From contig CBDCTJ010000004.1 of assembly GCA_965222115.1 (NCBI GenBank), positions 1 to 28,666 on the forward strand: a stretch of DNA of 28,666 nucleotides, given 5' to 3'. Under the pieces are notes generated by a model, which saw only the letters and a program-made list of their open reading frames with translations, had not been told where the DNA came from and made no database searches. This document shows, one piece after another, positions 16,861 through 25,431 of the stretch (position 1 is its first letter; every line of letters begins with the position of its first letter). A program made the position numbers and the translations under genes. The stretch comes from Planctomycetota bacterium. GTDB lineage: Bacteria > Planctomycetota > PLA2 > JAEUHO01.

Positions 16861-17888
16861 GTGGCGGGAAGTTCGACTTTCGACTGGGCCATGTGGTGCC
16901 GCGCCTACAGGAGGGTGTTTCGCCCGGGGTTAGGTATGGCCCTCCGCGGGGCATCGACGACTTGCGCGGCGCGCTGGCGGCTAGCCATCAAGTTGATGCG
17001 TCGTCGGTCACGATCACTACGGGGGCGTCATTGGGACTGAGTGCTGCGCTTTCTTTGCTTCAACCGAGTGCCCGTGTGGCGCTACCTCGACCGTTCTATC
17101 CCGCATACCCTCGATTGTGTGAGCTGTTTGGACTCCGACCCGAGTTCTATGAGGTAGAGCCTGGCGATTCGTCGGCTGAATCACTTTCATCGGTTGCTGA
17201 GAGTCTGGCGAGCGGTGCAATTCAAGGGGCGATCGTCAACACGCCAGGGAATCCAATGGGGAATCGGATCTGTGCGAAGTCCTTGGTTCTGATTCAGCGC
17301 GCGGCCGAGGAGGGCATGGGGCTGGCCATTTGTGACTTTGCGTACTGCGCTTTCGACAAGCTTCACGTTGATCCGCCTCTCTCTTCCCATTCAGTTTCAA
17401 TCTATAGCCTTGGTAAGACTCTGGGCATGCCTGGAGACCGCATAGGCTATGTTATCGGGTCGCCTGCCCTGATCGATAGAATGGCCTCGGTGCATTGGGC
17501 CCTAGCGATGGGGCCGCCGATGACGTCGATGATTTTGGCCACTGGTCGCTTTCCGATGGCGAGTGATCTCGTCGCGTCCGCCCGCTCTGATGTAGAGGAG
17601 GCAGTGAAGATCCTGGGAGAGTTCTCTGAGATCCATGTTGATCGACCTAGTGCCGGGTATCTTCTGTGGATTTCTGTTCCGACATGGCGAGGAACGGCGA
17701 CAGAACTGAGTCAGAGGTTGGGGGAGGAGGGTGTGTACACGACTCCAGGAGAACAGTTCGGAATGCAGGGGCCCTATCTTCGAGCGAGTGTGGCCCTGGG
17801 GACGCAGACTGTCCGTGCAGTCACACATCTTGGTGACTGCATTCGCCGCGTGTTGGCATTGTATCCAACCGCTCGGAAATGGTGTTGA
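16857..17888 (+). CDS. PLP-dependent aminotransferase class I/II
   Basis: YGPPRG, TTGAS, NTPGNPMG, DFAY, SLGKTLGMPGDRIGY (PLP lysine). Confidence 0.92.
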   Translation: MSGGKFDFRLGHVVPRLQEGVSPGVRYGPPRGIDDLRGALAASHQVDASSVTITTGASLGLSAALSLLQPSARVALPRPFYPAYPRLCELFGLRPEFYEVEPGDSSAESLSSVAESLASGAIQGAIVNTPGNPMGNRICAKSLVLIQRAAEEGMGLAICDFAYCAFDKLHVDPPLSSHSVSIYSLGKTLGMPGDRIGYVIGSPALIDRMASVHWALAMGPPMTSMILATGRFPMASDLVASARSDVEEAVKILGEFSEIHVDRPSAGYLLWISVPTWRGTATELSQRLGEEGVYTTPGEQFGMQGPYLRASVALGTQTVRAVTHLGDCIRRVLALYPTARKWC

Positions 17889-17889
17889 G

Positions 17890-18480
17890 TTGGTTGCTAG
17901 GCAGTCAGTTCTGGTGCTCGTTGGAAGCACTCGCGAAGAATCGCGTACAGCAGTCCTCGCCGAGTGCGTTGTTGAGCGACTCCGAGAAGTTGGAGCACGC
18001 GCAAGCGTTTGGAGTGCTTGCGATCGTCCCTTGCCGATCGTTGACCCCGCTTTCCACAGTGAACCGGAAGCTCATCCCGACGACGCTGTGCGTTGGTTGG
18101 TGAGCGAAGCAAGCGATTCATCGGGCATTATTCTGGCGTCCCCTCTATATCACAACTCGTATTCAGGTGTGCTTAAGAATGCGCTGGATCACCTCAGCAT
18201 GAAGCAAGTTGCATTCAAACCAGTATGTCTCTTAGGCCACGGCGGAAACCGATCCACTCAAGCCGTAGATCACCTACGTACGGTAGTGCGCGGTCTCTTG
18301 GGTGTACCCACTCCAACCGCTATATGCACGCAGTCGAGCGATTTTGAAGTGGCCGACAGAATAATGTTGTGCAACATGCGCATTGAGCAGCGTTGTGTTC
18401 GCGCGGCAACAGAGCTGCTTTTGATGAGTACCGTGTTATCGACTAAGCGTGACGCCCTCATGAGAAATGCAGGCCTGTAA
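17890..18480 (+). CDS. NADPH-dependent FMN reductase
   Basis: GSTREESRT, SPLYHNSYSGVLKNALD, KPV motifs; TTG start inferred. Confidence 0.9.
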   Translation: MVARQSVLVLVGSTREESRTAVLAECVVERLREVGARASVWSACDRPLPIVDPAFHSEPEAHPDDAVRWLVSEASDSSGIILASPLYHNSYSGVLKNALDHLSMKQVAFKPVCLLGHGGNRSTQAVDHLRTVVRGLLGVPTPTAICTQSSDFEVADRIMLCNMRIEQRCVRAATELLLMSTVLSTKRDALMRNAGL

Positions 18481-18590
18481 CAGGACCTTCTTCCCGCTTC
18501 CTACTGGACTCGATTCACCGTCATCGTGGCTTGAGGGAGTGTGTCAGATTTTTTGGCTCTACTGCTCTTTGTGTGGGTCGTGATTTGGTG

Positions 18591-18640
18591 ATTTCTTGTC
18601 CTGCCGCCCCTAAGAGGGCGCGGACGGCAGGAAAAGAAAT
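18591..18640. terminator. Hairpin between convergent operons, likely terminator
   Basis: ATTTCTTGTCCTGCCG ... CGGCAGGAAAAGAAAT; T-tract follows the stem on the minus strand. Confidence 0.55.
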
Positions 18641-18823
18641 GATGTTGGTTAGAACAGGCTGTCACAAGCTAGTGGGGCCGTACGAACCCAGATGCTGAGC
18701 CGTTCAAAGACAAAATTCTTCATGTTGATTGCGTGTAGTGGCCGCATCAGACCCTGACCTGCCCCCGAAGAGTGTGTGTGCTGTACTCGATGGATTGATT
18801 GAAGTCTTAGGACCAGCGTCACG

Positions 18824-19411
18824 TTATGCAGACAGAGGGAACGCAAGAAGACCAATAAGCGTCGCCAGTAGGAAGCTTGCGAATGTTCCGACAAGGTAGA
18901 GTTCACCGATTAGCACCCGGCGGTGAAATTCAGGGATAGGGGTGTATACGTTTGCATTAGTCGATGCCATAACCTTGGTCCTTTGGGGACCAGCGTCACC
19001 TGCGGTAAGCGGTCCGTACAGAAATCCCTTCCCAACGAGGAGCCAGCCAACGGACTCAAGGGTTCCACACGAGATCATCACGACGATGAGCGAACGCTCA
19101 ATAACTCCTTGAAAGAATCCCGTCAGCAGGCTCCTTCCACACACGTTGAATAGCTCTCTTGAGAAGGCGTGCTCGCGATACTTGGCTCCACTGTACCCGG
19201 TTCCCATGAGGATCCAGCGGAGTGAGCAAAGAGCGCGTTCGGCGAATCGAGCCTCGGGCATGTTGAAGTTCAGGACTTTGAACAGGCGCTTCATCGCAGC
19301 CTCCGCCACTGCGCGGATCAGCCAGCCGATAACTACGCCAGCGACCACGATCCCTACAAACGCCATGGAGTAAGGATGCTGACTAATGATGTCGAAGAAG
19401 GAGGCTATCAA
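18824..19411 (-). CDS. Membrane protein (resembles DUF3307-associated family)
   Basis: TM segments; GVIER ... K ... ELYLVGTFAS pattern recalls the G-x-x-ER / EYYLIGTL-x-S family; 4-bp overlap with cdd. Confidence 0.65.
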   Translation of the reverse strand: MIASFFDIISQHPYSMAFVGIVVAGVVIGWLIRAVAEAAMKRLFKVLNFNMPEARFAERALCSLRWILMGTGYSGAKYREHAFSRELFNVCGRSLLTGFFQGVIERSLIVVMISCGTLESVGWLLVGKGFLYGPLTAGDAGPQRTKVMASTNANVYTPIPEFHRRVLIGELYLVGTFASFLLATLIGLLAFPLSA

Positions 19412-19839
19412 CGGGGCGGCCTTATCGCGTCTTCGCCGTCGAGCAAGGAAAATGAGGCTGGAAGCAACTCGGCAAGGGAGAGCGTTAGTAAGTCAGGTCC
19501 ATCACAGGCGGATACTACCTTAAACTCTGGACCCGCGAACTCGATGATGACCTGTCGGCAAGCACCGCACGGAGGAGTTGGGCGATCCGTAGGCGTGTAA
19601 ATTGCCAGGGTTTGTACGCTGGTCTGTCCCGCTGCGACCGCTCCCCAGATGGCTACGCGTTCCGCGCAGACTGTAAGACCGAAGCTGGCATTTTCGATGT
19701 TGCATCCGGAATGGATGGCGTTATTAGGTGATCGAACAGCTGCACCGACCGGGAACTCGCTATACCTGCAATATGCTCTCGTTGCAGCCTCGCGCGCGTG
19801 GCTAACGAGAGTCTCGATATCTTCGCTGAGTGTATTCAT
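19408..19839 (-). CDS. cdd: Cytidine deaminase (homotetrameric type)
   Basis: AYCRYSEFPVGAA, GCNIENASFGLTVCAER, PCGACRQVIIEF zinc motifs. Confidence 0.93.
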   Translation of the reverse strand: MNTLSEDIETLVSHAREAATRAYCRYSEFPVGAAVRSPNNAIHSGCNIENASFGLTVCAERVAIWGAVAAGQTSVQTLAIYTPTDRPTPPCGACRQVIIEFAGPEFKVVSACDGPDLLTLSLAELLPASFSLLDGEDAIRPPR

Positions 19840-19877
19840 CGCTGTGATTCTAACCGAAGGGCATAGCACCCAGGGGT

Positions 19878-20852
19878 CTAGATCCTAATTCGTTCAACTT
19901 CATCGAGTGTGACTGCATCGCTCGTTCGGTCGTAGAGCTTCGTTGTCCTTGGCGATGCGTGGCCCGCAATGTTCTGCGCGTTCTCAATGGTTCCGCCGTT
20001 ATCGAGATAGGTCGTGATACCCGTTGCTCGAAATGTGTGACAGCATGTTGATTCGGGGAGCTCCGCTTTCTTTGCGCGTCTCTTGATCATGCGTAGAGCG
20101 TCGGTCCGAGTGAGTGGTTTGTTGGTCGGAAGCCGTCGGCGATCGACCGTTCGAAATAGCGGCTCTGAGCGATGAGCTTGACCGAGAGACTCCAAGTACT
20201 CGTCTAGGTAGGCCTCCGCGGTGTGATGAGCTGGAACAGGATTCTCCTTTCCACCTTTCTCATGGAGCCGGAACCAACAGCGTTTCCCGTCTTGGTAGTA
20301 GTCGTCGATCGTCATAGCCACGACGGCTCCGACGCGGGCAAATGAGAAGACCATCACTCCGATAATGGCGCGATCTCTTAGGCCTATGAAGGTGCTCGTA
20401 TCGATGGAGTCGAGTAGCTTCCTGGCCTGTTCTGCTGAAAGAACGGGTGTTTTTCCGCGCGTAACGACGTGTTTTGGGCCTTTCACGGCGTGAGCCGGGT
20501 TCATGGGCAGGATCTGGCCCGTTACGAGCCAATCAAATAGGTGCCGGATAGCCGCCAGACTCTGTTTCACGGTGGATTTGGCGGCACTTTGCCCGAGTTC
20601 TTCAATGTAGGCCGCCACGACCATGGGTTCGATGGTCAGGAGGCTAAATCCGCGCTCTTCGCACCAGGCGAAGAACTTACCGACGGCCCTGGCGTAGGCC
20701 ACGCGCGTGTTCCCATTCCTGATCGTTGCGGTAAAGAACTCCAAGAAGCGCTTCGAGGCCTTCTTGCCTTCATCAGCGACGATTGCTGGCACGAGCTGAA
20801 GGCCAGTCTCGACCAAGGCAGATGCTCGCTGCCTGGGCGCAAGTTCGCTCAT
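19878..20852 (-). CDS. Tyrosine recombinase/resolvase (XerC-like, plasmid multimer resolution type)
   Basis: RD..FARVGA (Arg), EKGGK (Lys), HTFRATG (HxxR), GHASPRTTKLY (His/Tyr). Confidence 0.95.
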   Translation of the reverse strand: MSELAPRQRASALVETGLQLVPAIVADEGKKASKRFLEFFTATIRNGNTRVAYARAVGKFFAWCEERGFSLLTIEPMVVAAYIEELGQSAAKSTVKQSLAAIRHLFDWLVTGQILPMNPAHAVKGPKHVVTRGKTPVLSAEQARKLLDSIDTSTFIGLRDRAIIGVMVFSFARVGAVVAMTIDDYYQDGKRCWFRLHEKGGKENPVPAHHTAEAYLDEYLESLGQAHRSEPLFRTVDRRRLPTNKPLTRTDALRMIKRRAKKAELPESTCCHTFRATGITTYLDNGGTIENAQNIAGHASPRTTKLYDRTSDAVTLDEVERIRI

Positions 20853-20918
20853 GGCTGGACACCTATATATAGGTGCCGATTGGCTAGGGTCTCTGGGGTT
20901 CGAATCTTCATCCTTCTA

Positions 20919-20946
20919 ACGTATCATAACGTCCTTTATGAGGCAA
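20919..20946. other. dif-like recombination (res) site
   Basis: ACGTATCATAA-CGTCCT-TTATGAGGCAA: inverted TCATAA/TTATGA arms around a 6-bp spacer, ~70 bp upstream of the recombinase. Confidence 0.7.
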
Positions 20947-20977
20947 TAAAATGAGCGCCTTTGCATTCGAGTGAACT

Positions 20978-21379
20978 TTGAGCGAACATCCCGACATGAA
21001 TTTTGATAAGCGGTTTTCAAGCACCTCAAGTCACGAGCCGCGGGCCTCCCAGGAGCAGGCGCACGGGTCGCTGACTAGGAGGTTGCGTACGATGAACAAA
21101 AAGGTTGTGTACTTTGCGTCTACTCAAGGTGACTCGAGGAGTGCTCGTAAGCTAACTCATGCTCGAGCACGACAAGATTCGCCTAGCAGGAACGTGGTGT
21201 ACTTTGGCCCGGAAACGAATGATGGGTTGAAGGACCTAGTGGCCGAGCTTGATTCCGAGCGAGGCGCTTCCATCGCGGTTGTATCTAAGGAGCCTGCGGA
21301 TCTTGCAAGGACGCTGATTCACATGAATTGTCGAATCAGGGATAATTGTGAGTTCGTGGACCTTGGCAAGGTTTCTTAG
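20978..21379 (+). CDS. Hypothetical protein (start uncertain, perhaps MNKKVVYF)
   Basis: 133-aa ORF with GGAGG before an internal ATG; repeated VVYF motif. Confidence 0.5.
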   Translation: MSEHPDMNFDKRFSSTSSHEPRASQEQAHGSLTRRLRTMNKKVVYFASTQGDSRSARKLTHARARQDSPSRNVVYFGPETNDGLKDLVAELDSERGASIAVVSKEPADLARTLIHMNCRIRDNCEFVDLGKVS

Positions 21380-22641
21380 AGCTGCGACGTGGGGAGCGCG
21401 CCTTTGCGCGCCCCTCCTTCTTCGTCTTGCTTATCCGGATTCTTTGGCAATTCCCTCTTAGTGTCGTCGCTTAACCATCCTCGCATGCAGAACGATGCGC
21501 GAGCAAAGCATGCTTGCCATAGATCGAATTGCTCTGTCTCGTCATGACTTGGATCAGTGACCCATACAGCAGGCCCAGCGCCATTCTTCCTTCTGACTTG
21601 GATTAGCATTCGTATTGCTTCAGATGTAGGTCGAACACGGTGTTTGAAGTAGGCAAATCGGTATGGGGAACTAAGGTACTCGAAAGCCCAGCGTTCGGTT
21701 CCATCGACGTTTGTGAAGCTTGCGTCAATCGGTACTTCAAGTAGAAGCAGTCGCCCGGCGTCTTCTTGTCCGATATGCGAACGCTTCATCCTTTTCTTTG
21801 GAGTATCGATATCACGAGAAATTTTAACACCACGGTCAATTGCGCGAGAAACAAGGCTATTTAGCTCATCAATGCACTGATCTCTCCATATGCTTCTAGA
21901 TTCCCGTGGGCGCGCAGGAATGATGATATAGACGGCAGTTCCGCATTCAACGGCTTCCATGATTTTTATGCCTGTCTCACCCTGTAAGTTGAGCTCATTT
22001 CCGGTGGCAATGACGATCTTGCTCTTGTCATACGACCCAGAGAGACATACGGATCGCATGGAATCAATCTCTCGGGTGAGTTCAAGCTCATTCGCTGGAA
22101 CTGTGGCATTGATGGACTCGGGAGAAAAAAAGCTTGGGATTGCACCAGGCCGCCAATTAACACCGAAGAAGAAATCTCTGATTCTTAGAGCCGAACGAGT
22201 TGATTCAGATGACGGATTCACCGTTAGGGTCTTTGAGACGGCACCAACGCCTAAAAGGATTAACCGTGTGAGGCCCTCCGACAAGTCATACCAAATGCGC
22301 CGTTTGTTTGGATTCCCTTTCAGGAACGCATTCAAGCCGCGGTAACTTACGTCCACACCGCCCGATGTTTTCCATGCTTCGTGGAGGTCCGCATGAGTTG
22401 TATCTCGTGCAGATGCTAGAAGATTCACGAGATACGAGCAGCAATGTACAGGCCATTGCGTTGTTCCCTGGTATTGCTCTGCAATCGTTCGAAATGTCGT
22501 TCGATGTTCGATTCGGCAATACTTCTTTTCGATCATCTCAAGAACTTCGATTGGAAGTGGGCTTGAAAAGTCAACGCCCGTGGTCGATATGACGTCGAAT
22601 CCGTACGGGCTTAGAGAAAGGGGGCTTTGTGCAAGTTCCAT
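21376..22641 (-). CDS. Hypothetical protein, possible regulator
   Basis: 421-aa ORF, lower GC; HTH-like segment (THADLHEAW...SYRGLNAFLKG) followed by an alpha/beta domain. Confidence 0.7.
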   Translation of the reverse strand: MELAQSPLSLSPYGFDVISTTGVDFSSPLPIEVLEMIEKKYCRIEHRTTFRTIAEQYQGTTQWPVHCCSYLVNLLASARDTTHADLHEAWKTSGGVDVSYRGLNAFLKGNPNKRRIWYDLSEGLTRLILLGVGAVSKTLTVNPSSESTRSALRIRDFFFGVNWRPGAIPSFFSPESINATVPANELELTREIDSMRSVCLSGSYDKSKIVIATGNELNLQGETGIKIMEAVECGTAVYIIIPARPRESRSIWRDQCIDELNSLVSRAIDRGVKISRDIDTPKKRMKRSHIGQEDAGRLLLLEVPIDASFTNVDGTERWAFEYLSSPYRFAYFKHRVRPTSEAIRMLIQVRRKNGAGPAVWVTDPSHDETEQFDLWQACFARASFCMRGWLSDDTKRELPKNPDKQDEEGGARKGALPTSQL

Positions 22642-22897
22642 TGACGCTCCCGGTGCTTCAGTTCGGTAGATTTCTGAAATCCTTTAGTCAAAGACGGTAT
22701 CAAAAGTTCGTAACCACCAGCAGAGAGGATACCACCGACACAAAGCTTGACTCACGTAAACTCTTTACTGGAAATGCTTTATGGAAACAAAAAAAGTTTC
22801 TGATTTGAACCCACGTCCAAAAATCGAGACGCGGGACCTATTGTGACATTACGGTGACACAAAGTTCCGACGATCATTCCTTCCATAGGAGAGCCTC

Positions 22898-23302
22898 ATG
22901 AAGGGTCCATTAAGTTGGGCGGACGTCACCAAGCTTGCCAAGCTTACGGCTAGTCTGGAGGAAAGACGCAAACGCGGGGAAGACGTTCCTGACGCACTAA
23001 TACGGCATGGCCAGAAGGAGCTTCGGGAGTCTCTTGCTCGAGCATGCATGCTCGTTGAGAATTTTGGTGGGCAAGAGGTACCCGAATCTGTACGGAAATA
23101 CATCGCTCCATGGAATGGCTGGCTTGCGGGTGACGATAGGTTTGATTCGTCGGAGGATGGAATCATAAACATGTCCAACGAGGCCGTTTCGTTGTGGCAT
23201 GAGGTCCGCAAAGAGGAGCGCTACTGGCCTCATTGCCTTCCTCACCCGCTAATGATGATTGAGATTCTGATCGCCCTCACGTTTCACCCCAAGGACAAGT
23301 AG
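22898..23302 (+). CDS. Hypothetical protein
   Basis: AGGAGAG RBS, 134-aa ORF divergent from the previous gene. Confidence 0.65.
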   Translation: MKGPLSWADVTKLAKLTASLEERRKRGEDVPDALIRHGQKELRESLARACMLVENFGGQEVPESVRKYIAPWNGWLAGDDRFDSSEDGIINMSNEAVSLWHEVRKEERYWPHCLPHPLMMIEILIALTFHPKDK

Positions 23303-23407
23303 ATTTCGATATTGCCGTATTCGGTCGTCGGTGTCGGGGCTCACCCTGAGCCCTCCCCGACACGACGGACCGAAGAAGGCCAACGCTGCCGGATCGGCTC
23401 AGAGGTA

Positions 23408-23437
23408 GAGGGGCCTCGACGTTCATCGAAGCCCCTC
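23408..23437 (-). terminator. Hairpin downstream of the DUF2958 gene
   Basis: Minus strand GAGGGGCTTCGA-TGAACG-TCGAGGCCCCTC with a G-U pair; no strong U tract. Confidence 0.4.
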
Positions 23438-23444
23438 CGGGGCG

Positions 23445-23732
23445 CTACGGGCACTCGGAAAGCGGCGTAGGCTCAAACCAAAGGTCACGCTCGATAGTAA
23501 GTCCAGCAGGACCACGTACTTCGCGCAGCTCATTAAGGCTGAAGTAGCCAAGCTCTCGCTCATGGCCAACGACGAGTCCGAAGAAGATGTCTTTGCCGTC
23601 AAACTCGATCGCGTACCAGGTCCAGTTGGTCCATGGCGTGAAGAACTTCACGCGCGCGAGCGGGTCATCGACGTCTTCGTTCGAGTAGAGCGGTGGAAGT
23701 AGCTTTCGAATACTTGGTGGCAGCAATTCCAT
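23445..23732 (-). CDS. DUF2958-family protein
   Basis: AAGGAGGA RBS; LPPLYS..VKFFTPWTNWTWYAIE..FFGLVVG.ERELGYFSLNEL..IERDLWF. Confidence 0.85.
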   Translation of the reverse strand: MELLPPSIRKLLPPLYSNEDVDDPLARVKFFTPWTNWTWYAIEFDGKDIFFGLVVGHERELGYFSLNELREVRGPAGLTIERDLWFEPTPLSECP

Positions 23733-23760
23733 GATCGTCCTCCTTGTGAGGGAGCAGGCG

Positions 23761-24006
23761 CTAGGCGCCCGCTCCGTTGCTTGAGGACTTGTGCTCGTAG
23801 ATCCACGTGTGGGCCATGTCGGCCACTTTGACGAGAAGCGGCAGGTCGTCGCGACCGAAGGTGGTCGAGGTCTTCCAGGTTCCGTCTTCTTTGTAGAGAC
23901 GAACGATGCTGACGTTGTAGTAAGCGCCTCGCTCTGAATCGTTTCGCCAGATGGCGGCTTTGATACGTCCAAGTCGGATTTCGTGTGTGGGTCGTTTGTC
24001 TGTCAT
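23761..24006 (-). CDS. Small putative ssDNA-binding protein
   Basis: AAAGGAG RBS; IKAAIWRN...RLYKEDGTWKTSTTFGRDDL pattern typical of small mobile-element beta-sheet DNA-binding proteins. Confidence 0.7.
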   Translation of the reverse strand: MTDKRPTHEIRLGRIKAAIWRNDSERGAYYNVSIVRLYKEDGTWKTSTTFGRDDLPLLVKVADMAHTWIYEHKSSSNGAGA

Positions 24007-24572
24007 GGTGCAACTCCTTTCTGAGTGATTGCGTTTGTTTCTTCACCCACTGGCGAGGAACAAGGCACATCACGAGAAGGAGGCCGCACTGAGCGGACGT
24101 GACCTCACGTCGATGGAAGGCGTAGAAAAGTCGCTGTAGCGATTCAAGACGAGAGCGATCGCCAGTAGCTCGGATTGCATGAAGCGGTGGAAGACTTCGA
24201 GTAAGGCGATCTAACGCGCGCGACGTGTGTCTGGGCCACCCCCTACCGAGCACACCTCACCGAACGAAGCGCTGCTTGCGAGTAAGGCGTAAGAAGAACG
24301 ATTGTTGCTCCAGATACTCGAGTGGCATGTGACGTGCCCCATTGCGGGTACTATGATCTGTACGGTCGTTACCCCAGGTGACGGACCCCCAATCAGTTTC
24401 CCTTTCCCCCCTCCCCGTCTTTTTCATCCAGACGCGACAAAACACGATGGCGTTTCTGACGGCTTAGCCACCCCTTCGAGATTCAATGTTCATGTAGGAG
24501 TGCTGCTTCGGTCGCCCACGTGGCGATCGACGGAGTAGTTTGTATGAACGGAGAAAAAAGGAGGAATGTGCC

Positions 24573-24704
24573 ATGCCACAGAAACGAAGAGAGCCGTGGT
24601 TGCAAGTAAACATCCGCATATCGATTAGCCGAATGATCGGCTGGTCGCTGTTCACAGTCGGATGCATCGAAGCAATCATCGGCATCAAGTTGCTTCTTCA
24701 CTAG
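24573..24704 (+). CDS. 43-aa single-TM peptide (below the ORF-track cutoff)
   Basis: AAGGAGGAA RBS; MPQKRREPWLQVNIRISISRMIGWSLFTVGCIEAIIGIKLLLH; followed by a terminator. Confidence 0.6.
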   Translation: MPQKRREPWLQVNIRISISRMIGWSLFTVGCIEAIIGIKLLLH

Positions 24705-24720
24705 AAGCACACCCCCCACC

Positions 24721-24752
24721 GGGGCCCTCATTCGAGGGTCCCACTTTTTTGT
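24721..24752 (+). terminator. Rho-independent terminator
   Basis: GGGCCCTC-ATTC-GAGGGTCC stem followed by CACTTTTTTGT. Confidence 0.6.
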
Positions 24753-24753
24753 C

Positions 24754-25431
24754 TCACAGATCGAGCGAGTCCGTCAAGGCGGCGAGATCATCGAAGCGAC
24801 GTATTCGAATCCTGAACGGCCATGAACGTTTCACGAGGAGATGGCTAAGAGCCTTGCTTTCCTCAACGGTCGAAACGACAACTGCGGCCGCAATGAGCTT
24901 GGCGTCGAGACGCTCTCTCAAACAATCTTTCTTCGAGAACGTATCGGCCATGTTTCGTAGCGACCTCGCAACACGAGACTCGTTACGACCAGCGCCGACA
25001 AAAACTCGAGTCAAGCGTTCGCCAAGCTCTGTGCTCTCGATGATGTAGTTTGCGAATGGAATGCGTTCACGAACAAAACGTGAGTCCAGTCCATAGAACT
25101 CACGCTTGAGCATGAGCTTGCGTGGCGGGTCTTCGCTCCAACAGAACCTGGTTACGGCGTAGGCCTCGTAGAGTCGTCTGCCTTGAAGTGGCTTGAGCAC
25201 CTTGGTTGCTCCTGCCTTCTCCCATCCTTCGGGAGTAAGCACCAGGAACCTTGGGAACGACGGTGTCGCGGCAGTCTCGTAGCGCCAAATATTGGATCGT
25301 GCCCTCACTAGGGCCTCAACGCGGTCCGGCTCTACGCCAAGCGCTCGAGAAGAAAAAGCAATCGTCGTCGCGCGGTATCGCGCGACGTGTGCGATAAGTT
25401 CCGTTTCGCGTTTACTCAATGATGATGTCAT
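24754..25431 (-). CDS. Degenerate Replic_Relax-like paralogue
   Basis: LSKRETELIAHVARYRATT, LVLTPEG, KPLQGRRLYEAYAVTRFC; collinear with the junction-spanning paralogue; start overlaps the end of the coupling protein gene. Confidence 0.7.
   Translation of the reverse strand: MTSSLSKRETELIAHVARYRATTIAFSSRALGVEPDRVEALVRARSNIWRYETAATPSFPRFLVLTPEGWEKAGATKVLKPLQGRRLYEAYAVTRFCWSEDPPRKLMLKREFYGLDSRFVRERIPFANYIIESTELGERLTRVFVGAGRNESRVARSLRNMADTFSKKDCLRERLDAKLIAAAVVVSTVEESKALSHLLVKRSWPFRIRIRRFDDLAALTDSLDL

Noticed and set aside
20894-20910. tRNA T-arm-like GGGGTTCGAATC next to the recombinase (possible attP)
   Set aside because: No acceptor stem/CCA or other tRNA arms; too short to distinguish from chance
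23648-24253. 201-aa minus-strand ORF
   Set aside because: Overlaps two well-supported genes in other frames; no recognisable features
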